Origin: Cyanobacteriota bacterium
GTDB lineage: Bacteria > Cyanobacteriota > Cyanobacteriia > Thermostichales > Thermostichaceae
NCBI GenBank assembly: GCA_033764955.1
Contig: JANRIL010000001.1
Span: 1-64,000, forward strand
Direction: 5' to 3'
DNA: 64,000 bases
Shown here: positions 57,141 through 64,000 of the stretch, one piece after another
How positions within the stretch are numbered: the stretch's first letter is position 1
Layout of the letters: every line of letters begins with the position of its first letter
The notes under the pieces: model-generated
Database searches by the model: none
The model's input: the letters and a program-made list of their open reading frames with translations, nothing else
Told to the model about the DNA's origin: nothing
Position numbers and translations under genes: made by a program

Positions 57141-57716
57141 ATGGCAAACCCCGACAATATCCTGACCTTTTGGTTTGGATCCCCTGACCACCCCGACTAT
57201 GGCAAGCCCCGCCCTGCATGGTTTGCTAAGGATCCTGAGTTTGACCAGACCCTCCGCCGCCAGTTTCTGGATACCTATCATCAGGCTGCCGCTGGACACC
57301 TGCAAACTTGGCAGGCATCCCCTACTTCTGCCCTGGCGCTGATTCTGCTGTTGGATCAACTGCCCCGCAATATCTTTCGGCAGACTCCCCAAGCCTTTGC
57401 TACCGATCCGCAAGCTCTGGCTGTGGCGGAACAAATGGTAGGGACGGGTTGGGATCAAGCTCTTGTGCCTGTGCAGCGCTGGTTTGTCTATTTACCCTTT
57501 GAACACAGCGAGTCCTTGGCCGATCAGCGACGGGCGGTACAACTATTCGAGACCCTCGCCTGGGATCCCGACTCCCAAAGCGCGGTGACCTATGCCCACA
57601 AACACCTGGCGGTGATCGAGCGGTTCGGGCGGTTCCCCCATCGCAACGCTATTTTGGGGCGATTCTCCACACCTGAAGAACTGGCGTTTTTGCAGGAACC
57701 AGGATCTTCTTTTTGA
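57141..57716 (+). CDS. DUF924 family protein
   Basis: LLDQ.PRN.FR, F.YLPFEHSE, FGRFPHRN..LGR.ST.EE. Confidence 0.92.
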   Translation: MANPDNILTFWFGSPDHPDYGKPRPAWFAKDPEFDQTLRRQFLDTYHQAAAGHLQTWQASPTSALALILLLDQLPRNIFRQTPQAFATDPQALAVAEQMVGTGWDQALVPVQRWFVYLPFEHSESLADQRRAVQLFETLAWDPDSQSAVTYAHKHLAVIERFGRFPHRNAILGRFSTPEELAFLQEPGSSF

Positions 57717-57793
57717 TAAGAGCAGCAGAATTGTTGGGCTGGCTGATGGCGCGACTTGTTAGAACAAAAAGGCTGTAAGCTTTCTCAGCTTAC

Positions 57794-58813
57794 TTAGGGG
57801 TTAACCCCTCCTGAAAAGGGTTGATAGGAGCCTCCCAACGCTTGCACAATGGTACGGGTATTGGCCTCCATCATGGCGATATAGCTCTCCGCTCCACTGC
57901 CCTGACCACCTAAGGAATCGGAATAGAGTGGATCCGGTGCTAATGTTACTTGGGCTTCCGCCGCTACCGTTTGAATCAGCATGGGGTTAATGGTGGTTTC
58001 GGCAAAGATGGCCGCGGTCCCGGCTTCTTGAATGGAATCCACCAGCCGCGTCACCGTTTGGGCACTGGGTTGTTCCTCGGTGCTGATGCCGATCAGGGAT
58101 CCCCCCAACTCCAGTCCATAGGCATGAGCATAATACTGAAAGGCATCATGGGTGGTGACAAGGATTCGATATTGGGGAGGAATCGTTTGAATTTGCTGCT
58201 CAATCCACCTGTCGAGAGCCGACAATTGAGCCAGATAGTCACGGGTGCGCTGCTGAAATTGGGTTTGATTCGCCGGAGATACCTCAACCAACGCATCGCG
58301 GATCGCCCCCACCATGAGCATGACATGAGCTACATCCCCCCACACATGGGGATCCGGCACCTGCTGCCCGTTATAGCTCGTTTGCAAAGGGGGAACCACC
58401 TCCCCCACCGCCAGTTTCTCGGCTTTGACGCCCGCCCCTTCCATGAGGCGGATCAGCCCTGGCTCAAGGTTGTAGCCGTTGTACAAAATCAAATCTGCTT
58501 CTTCTAGAGCACGACTATCGGCGGGAGTGGGTTCATAAATATGCGGATCGGTGCCTGCTTCTAGCAAACCGGTGTGATGGATCGCTTCTCCCGCAATGGT
58601 TTCCGTCCAATCGGCAATCAAGGTGCTGGTGGAGACAACCCGTGCTAACGAGGGATCTTCCTGCTCAGCCAGAGCACAACCCAGCCCTCCAGTCAACAAA
58701 CAGCCTATCAAGGCTAAAGGGATCCCAATGCCGGAGATTTTCCTGTTTGGCAGGATGGCACTTTGCCGCCCTGTATTTTTGGGTAGCCCCGCATTCTGGG
58801 GAGAGGTTTTCAT
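57794..58813 (-). CDS. Mn/Zn ABC transporter substrate-binding protein (MntC-like)
   Basis: DPHIYEP, DPHVW, THDAF.Y, YSDSL. Confidence 0.92.
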   Translation of the reverse strand: MKTSPQNAGLPKNTGRQSAILPNRKISGIGIPLALIGCLLTGGLGCALAEQEDPSLARVVSTSTLIADWTETIAGEAIHHTGLLEAGTDPHIYEPTPADSRALEEADLILYNGYNLEPGLIRLMEGAGVKAEKLAVGEVVPPLQTSYNGQQVPDPHVWGDVAHVMLMVGAIRDALVEVSPANQTQFQQRTRDYLAQLSALDRWIEQQIQTIPPQYRILVTTHDAFQYYAHAYGLELGGSLIGISTEEQPSAQTVTRLVDSIQEAGTAAIFAETTINPMLIQTVAAEAQVTLAPDPLYSDSLGGQGSGAESYIAMMEANTRTIVQALGGSYQPFSGGVNP

Positions 58814-58893
58814 GATCCGCCTGCCTGTGGAGAGAAGATTTTCATGATCATTTCATTTTTATCCTAGACCTTCTGCTAAACTATGAAAAGACT

Positions 58894-59670
58894 ATGAAAA
58901 TCAATTCTCCCTCTCATTCCATGACGGCTCTTCCCCCTTCTGCTCTGTCTAGGATCACCATCACCGATTTGCGGGTGTCCTACCGTTCTCACCTGGCACT
59001 CGATCAGATCACTACCCAGTTGGCGGCAGGACAACTGACGGGCATTGTGGGGCCTAATGGAGCTGGCAAAAGTACCCTAATCAAGGCCATGTTGGGACTG
59101 ATTCCCATTGAGCGGGGGGAGATCACCCTGGATGGACAACCCGTGTCTGGACAGCGCCGCCGCATTGCGTATCTACCGCAGCGCTCCCAAATTGATTGGA
59201 CTTATCCGGCCACGGTCTGGGATGTTGTTTTGATGGGGCGAGTGCGAAAAACTGGGTGGTTACGGCATTTTTCCTCCAACAGTCGAGAGTTAGCCCATGC
59301 TGCCCTAGCCAGGGTGGGTTTAGCGGATTTGGCCAATCGCCCGATTGGGCAACTGTCGGGAGGACAACAACAGCGGGTGTTTTTAGCACGGGCATTGGCA
59401 CAGGAAGCCGACATTTTGGCTTTGGATGAACCGTTTGCCGGAGTGGATCAAAAAACGGAAGGGATCCTCTTCGACATCCTCCGCCAGCTTGCCGATCAGG
59501 GATCCACCGTGTTGATCATTCACCACGACCTAGGAACCGCCATTCGACGGTTTGATCACCTGCTGTTACTCAACCAGCGACTAATCGCCCAGGGATCCCC
59601 CCACCAGGTTTTACAACCCCACTACGTGCAGCAAGCCTACGGGGGCTATGGGTTGCCTGAGGTGGCCTAA
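58894..59670 (+). CDS. Mn/Zn ABC transporter ATPase (MntA-like)
   Basis: GPNGAGKST, LSGGQQQR, LDEPF. Confidence 0.92.
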   Translation: MKINSPSHSMTALPPSALSRITITDLRVSYRSHLALDQITTQLAAGQLTGIVGPNGAGKSTLIKAMLGLIPIERGEITLDGQPVSGQRRRIAYLPQRSQIDWTYPATVWDVVLMGRVRKTGWLRHFSSNSRELAHAALARVGLADLANRPIGQLSGGQQQRVFLARALAQEADILALDEPFAGVDQKTEGILFDILRQLADQGSTVLIIHHDLGTAIRRFDHLLLLNQRLIAQGSPHQVLQPHYVQQAYGGYGLPEVA

Positions 59671-60539
59671 TGGGAGAAGGGATCCTGTCACTGATCTGGG
59701 AACCGTTGCAATACAGCTTTATGCAACGGGCACTGTTGGTGGCGGTGGCGGTTGGCATCCTCTGCGCGGTCATGGGCAGTTATTTGTTGGTGCAACGGCT
59801 GGCGCTGTTGGGGGATGCCATTAGTCATTCCCTGTTGCCGGGATTAGCGCTGGCTTTTATGGTGGGGGTGAATATTTTTGTCGGAGCCTTTATCGCCGGG
59901 GTGATTAGCACCCTCTTGATTCATGCCATCCGCTCCCGCACGACTCTTAAGGAAGATGCCGCGATGGGGGTTGTCTTCTCAGCGTTTTTTGCCTTAGGGA
60001 TTACCCTGATCACGCTCCTGCAAAAGGCGCAAAAAATTGACCTCAATCACTTTTTGTTTGGCAATATCTTGGGGGTGACGGCAGAGGATGTGTGGATAAC
60101 CATTGCAATTGCGGGACTGGTTTTGCTGGTGGTAGCCCTTCTTTATAAAGAGCTTTTGTTTGTCAGTTTTGATCCGATTGGGGCGCAAGCTGCCGGGATC
60201 CCAGTGGCGGGGTTAAATGCCAGTTTGATGGTGCTGGTTTCCCTCACCCTAGTCGCCAGTATGAAAGCCGTCGGGGTGTTGCTGGTCTTAGCCATGCTGA
60301 TCACCCCTGGAGCCACCGCCTATTTGTTGGTGCCCCGTCTGCATCAGGTGATGGGGGTGGGATCCCTGCTGGGGGTGGTGGGTAGTGTGATGGGTCTGTA
60401 TGGCAGTTATTACCTGAATGTGCCCTCTGGTCCGGCGATTGTCTTGGTGGTCTCCCTGGGATTTTTCCTGGCGCTACTGTTTAGCCCCAGCCAGGGATTA
60501 TTGACTCGCCCCCATCCTCCAGGATCCCCTCAACCTTGA
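59670..60539 (+). CDS. Mn/Zn ABC transporter permease (MntB-like)
   Basis: GDAISHS.LPG, LFGNILG, SFDP. Confidence 0.92.
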   Translation: MGEGILSLIWEPLQYSFMQRALLVAVAVGILCAVMGSYLLVQRLALLGDAISHSLLPGLALAFMVGVNIFVGAFIAGVISTLLIHAIRSRTTLKEDAAMGVVFSAFFALGITLITLLQKAQKIDLNHFLFGNILGVTAEDVWITIAIAGLVLLVVALLYKELLFVSFDPIGAQAAGIPVAGLNASLMVLVSLTLVASMKAVGVLLVLAMLITPGATAYLLVPRLHQVMGVGSLLGVVGSVMGLYGSYYLNVPSGPAIVLVVSLGFFLALLFSPSQGLLTRPHPPGSPQP

Positions 60540-60582
60540 GTCTATGGTTGGCGCTTTTGCTGAGCCGCTGCATGGACTAAAA

Positions 60583-60632
60583 CCATAGACTGAAATCTAT
60601 GGATATCTAAAAATCATAGTATTTTACTTATG
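60583..60632. promoter_or_regulatory. CmpR/NdhR-type LysR sites (ATAG-N8-CTAT)
   Basis: CCATAG-ACTGAAAT-CTATGG (60583-60602) and CATAG-TATTTTAC-TTATG (60615-60632) upstream of cmpA. Confidence 0.7.
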
Positions 60633-60778
60633 TATAACCCCACAGTAGAGTCTTAATTAAGAAAATTAAACCTTTCTGTATTTCGCATTCCATCCTTTGG
60701 GATCCTCTCCCCGCTGACTCTCAGGGCTTTCATCACCTCCCATTTCTGATCCTCAATGATCAAAGGAGATCATTAGTT

Positions 60779-62122
60779 ATGGTTCGTTTGGATCGATCCA
60801 GACGCAAATTTTTACTATCTGCTGGAGCCTACACCAGTAGTTCGGTTTTATTGGCCAGTTGTTTAGGCAACCCACCTTCTCGTACCCAAAACACGGTGGC
60901 AACTCCAGTCTCCTCATCGGTTGACAGCAATCTAGAAACCACCACCATCAAGCTAGGCTATATCCCAATTGTGGAAGCAGCCCCTCTCATTGTCGCCAAA
61001 GAGAAAGGATTTTTTGCGCAGTATGGCATGAGCGGGGTGGAAGTCTCCAAGCAAGCCAACTGGGGATCCGCCCGTGACAACGTAGAAATCGGTTCGGCAG
61101 GAGGGGGGATCGATGGCGGTCAATGGCAGATGCCCATGCCCTATCTAATTTCAGAAGGGTTGATCACCAAAAACAATGTGAAAGTTCCCATGTTTGTCTT
61201 GGCTCAGCTCAATACGCAAGGCAACGGGATTGCCATCGCCAACAAACATCTGGGTCAGGGATTTGGCTTGGATGTGAGTGGAACCAGGGACTATATCGTG
61301 GGCTTAAAAGCCGCCGGAACTCCCTTCAAAGCCGCTTCTACTTTTCCCAAAGCCAACCAAGATTTCTGGATCCGTTATTGGTTAGCCGCCGGGGGTATTG
61401 ATCCCGACAATGACCTGGATTTGTTGGTGGTTCCAGCGGCTCAAACGGTGGCGAATATGCAAACCGGAACGATGGATGCCTTCAGCACGGGGGATCCCTG
61501 GCCTTATCGAATTGTGGCGGATCAAATTGGTTTTATGGCAGCCCTGACAGCACAGATATGGCCGGCTCACCCAGAAGAATATCTGGCGGTGCGGGCGGAT
61601 TGGGTGGAGAAACATCCCAATGCTACCAAAGCTCTCTTAAAGGGGGTGATCGAGGCGCAGCGTTGGTGTGATTTGCCCGAAAACCGACCGGAGCTGGCGG
61701 AGATTTTGGCGGGGCGCAACTACTTCAATTTGCCCGTTGAGATCCTTACTTCTACCCTGCAAGGGAAATACACCCTGGGAGATGGCAAACCCGCCGTTGA
61801 TAACTTCCAATCCGGGCCTCTCTACTGGAAGGATGATCGGGGCAATGTTTCTTACCCCTACCAGAGTCATGATCTGTGGTTTTTGACGGAAAGTGTGCGC
61901 TGGGGCTTTTTGCCTCCCGACACCTTAACTACTGCCCAAGAGTTGATTAGCCAAGTGAACCGCGAGGATCTCTGGCGAGAGGCAGCCCAAGAACTCGGCA
62001 TAGCCGCCAGCGATATTCCCAGCGATACCTCTCGTGGCATCGAAACATTTTTTGATGGGATTAGCTTTGACCCACAAAACCCGCAAGCCTATTTGGATCA
62101 GTTAACCATCAAACGGATCTAG
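60779..62122 (+). CDS. cmpA: bicarbonate-binding lipoprotein CmpA
   Basis: [12 protein letters not shown] (CmpA-type rather than NrtA GIDGAHIL), Tat-lipoprotein signal. Confidence 0.88.
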   Translation: MVRLDRSRRKFLLSAGAYTSSSVLLASCLGNPPSRTQNTVATPVSSSVDSNLETTTIKLGYIPIVEAAPLIVAKEKGFFAQYGMSGVEVSKQANWGSARDNVEIGSAGGGIDGGQWQMPMPYLISEGLITKNNVKVPMFVLAQLNTQGNGIAIANKHLGQGFGLDVSGTRDYIVGLKAAGTPFKAASTFPKANQDFWIRYWLAAGGIDPDNDLDLLVVPAAQTVANMQTGTMDAFSTGDPWPYRIVADQIGFMAALTAQIWPAHPEEYLAVRADWVEKHPNATKALLKGVIEAQRWCDLPENRPELAEILAGRNYFNLPVEILTSTLQGKYTLGDGKPAVDNFQSGPLYWKDDRGNVSYPYQSHDLWFLTESVRWGFLPPDTLTTAQELISQVNREDLWREAAQELGIAASDIPSDTSRGIETFFDGISFDPQNPQAYLDQLTIKRI

Positions 62123-62205
62123 CCGGATGCCTTTCCTGATTGGGATCCTAGCCACCCAGCGGGATCCCCTCAATCCCCTAACCCTTTTCACATGAGCACA
62201 ATCTA

Positions 62206-63030
62206 ATGACCACCTCATCTTTTCCCAAAAGCAGCAATTCCCCCCTTCAGGCTTGGATCCCGGCCTTTCGCCAGCATGTTTTGCCCCCCCTCTTGGGGAT
62301 CCTGGGATTTTTGCTGATTTGGCAGCTTTTTTCCAGTTCCGGTTTAACTCGCCTGCCGGGGCCGGCCTCGATTGTTTTGGAAGAACGCACCCGCGAATTG
62401 TTGCTCTATCCCTTTTATGACCTAGGAGGATTGGATAAAGGTCTGTTTTGGCAAACGTTGGCCAGCCTGCAACGGGTGGCGATTGGCTATTGTGCGGCGG
62501 CGTTGGTGGGGATTTCTCTGGGGATCCTGATTGGCTTGAGTCCCTTCATGAACAAAGCCCTGGATCCGATCTTTCAGTTTTTACGAACCGTGCCACCCCT
62601 AGCTTGGGTGCCCATTGCTTTAGCCGCCTTGCAGCAAAACGAACCCGCCGCCCTCTTCGTCATTTTTATCACCGCCATCTGGCCGATTTTGATCAACACG
62701 GCGGTTGGCGTGCAGCAGATTCCCCAGGATTATCGCAACGTGGCGCGAGTCTTGCAGTTGCCCAAACAGAAGTTCTTCTTCCAGATCCTGTTGCCATCAG
62801 CCCTCCCTTATATCTTTACCGGATTGCGAATCGCCATCGGTTTGGCGTGGCTGGCCATTATTGCCGCCGAGATTGTTATGTCGGGCATCGTGGGCATTGG
62901 CTTCTTCATTTGGGATGCCTACCAAAACAACTACATCAGCGAGATCATCCTGGCTCTCGTCTATATCGGGGGGGTGGGGCTGATCTTGGATCGCTCGATG
63001 GCTTGGTTGCAATCTCGCCTCTTCCGCTAA
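62206..63030 (+). CDS. cmpB: bicarbonate ABC permease CmpB
   Basis: DKGLFWQ, PLAWVP, IIAAEI; operon position. Confidence 0.85.
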   Translation: MTTSSFPKSSNSPLQAWIPAFRQHVLPPLLGILGFLLIWQLFSSSGLTRLPGPASIVLEERTRELLLYPFYDLGGLDKGLFWQTLASLQRVAIGYCAAALVGISLGILIGLSPFMNKALDPIFQFLRTVPPLAWVPIALAALQQNEPAALFVIFITAIWPILINTAVGVQQIPQDYRNVARVLQLPKQKFFFQILLPSALPYIFTGLRIAIGLAWLAIIAAEIVMSGIVGIGFFIWDAYQNNYISEIILALVYIGGVGLILDRSMAWLQSRLFR

Positions 63031-63118
63031 TGGATCCCTTTGCGGTGGGATCCGTGCCTACCCACTGCCGTAGGGGATCCCGTGTCTACCTGCCAACCCT
63101 ATCCTCAGTGTGAACATC

Positions 63119-64000
63119 ATGTCTGTGCTTGTTGCTATTGATCAAATCGACAAAATTTTTGATTTGCCGGGGGGTAATCAATATCTGGCGCTCAAAGGGA
63201 TCCATCTGGAGATTCAACAGGGAGAATTTGTTTCACTGATTGGGCATTCCGGCTGCGGCAAATCGACCCTCCTCAATATGGTGGCGGGGTTGGATCTCCC
63301 CTCAGAAGGGGTGGTGCTCCTGCAGGGGGAACGGATTCACCGCCCTGGTCCCGATCGGATGGTGGTCTTTCAAAACTACTCCCTACTGCCCTGGCTGACG
63401 GTGCGCCAAAATATCGCCCTAGCCGTGGATACGGTGCTGGAAGGTCTCTCCAAAGCAGAGCGTCAGGAAATTGTCGAACAGAATATTCGGATGGTGGGAC
63501 TAAGCCACGCCGCCGACAAAAAACCGGATCATCTCTCCGGCGGCATGAAACAACGGGTGGCAATTGCCCGTGCCCTGGCGATCCGCCCTAAAGTTTTGCT
63601 CTTGGATGAACCCTTCGGTGCTTTAGATGCCCTCACCCGTGGCAACTTGCAGGAACAACTGATGGCGATCTGCGAAGCCAACGAGATTACTGCTGTCATG
63701 GTGACTCACGATGTGGATGAGGCGGTGCTGCTCTCGGATCGGATCGTCATGCTCACCAACGGTCCCGGATCCCAGATTGGGGGAGTGATGAGTATTGACA
63801 TTCCCCGTCCCCGCAAACGGCTGGAAGTGGTCAACCATCCTAGCTACTACAGTTATCGCAGTGAGATCATTTACTTCCTTAATCAGCAGAAGCGGGTCAA
63901 ACAACGGCGAGCCAAGAAGCAAGCGGTGGTGGCGCGGCATGGGCTGGAAAAAATCAACCTAGAAATCGGCTTTGTCCCTTTGACCGCTTGTGCTCCCCTG
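63119..64000 (+). CDS. cmpC: bicarbonate ABC ATPase CmpC (3' truncated by window)
   Basis: MSVLVAIDQI...GHSGCGKST...LSGGMKQR...LDEPFGALD; continues into C-terminal regulatory domain. Confidence 0.88.
   Translation, partial: MSVLVAIDQIDKIFDLPGGNQYLALKGIHLEIQQGEFVSLIGHSGCGKSTLLNMVAGLDLPSEGVVLLQGERIHRPGPDRMVVFQNYSLLPWLTVRQNIALAVDTVLEGLSKAERQEIVEQNIRMVGLSHAADKKPDHLSGGMKQRVAIARALAIRPKVLLLDEPFGALDALTRGNLQEQLMAICEANEITAVMVTHDVDEAVLLSDRIVMLTNGPGSQIGGVMSIDIPRPRKRLEVVNHPSYYSYRSEIIYFLNQQKRVKQRRAKKQAVVARHGLEKINLEIGFVPLTACAPL

Noticed and set aside
58830..58910. Zur/Fur box between the Mn/Zn transporter genes
   Set aside because: TGAAAATC-type half sites are present but the dyad is too imperfect to call
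1..64000. CRISPR array
   Set aside because: No regularly spaced repeat-spacer array or cas gene; the palindromic boxes are dispersed promoter elements
60779..64000. nrtABC nitrate transporter
   Set aside because: GGQWQMPMP motif and ATAG-N8-CTAT sites favour cmpABC

Overview
Cyanobacterial chromosomal window. The very frequent GGGATCCC octamer plus petN, petJ, ftrV and cmpABC suggest a Thermostichus/hot-spring Synechococcus-like lineage (inference). Left half (1-35.8 kb) is accessory: the end of an IS5-family element, a small NuiA-like/HNH nuclease module, a ~28 kb organosulfur-scavenging cluster, and a capsid-less phage-like integrative module (CI-like repressor, Ner-like protein, primase-helicase, Xis-like protein, integrase) at the 3' end of a tRNA-Ile2(CAT). 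The sulfur cluster holds four luciferase-like monooxygenases, DszB-like desulfinase, acyl-CoA-DH-type monooxygenase, TauD, thiol dioxygenase, AsfAB-like pair, two GSTs, a ferritin-like protein and three SsuA-type binding proteins without permease. Right half is mostly core genome, with a petJ/copper-uptake islet. The most striking unannotated signal is a composite cis-element in the sulfur cluster: a 34-bp palindromic box (7 copies) followed 7-8 nt downstream by a conserved 34-42 nt RNA-hairpin-like motif (5 copies, 4 coupled to a box). A ~260-bp inverted iteron array inside the primase-helicase gene is a candidate replication origin. All calls come from reading the sequence, with no database searches.
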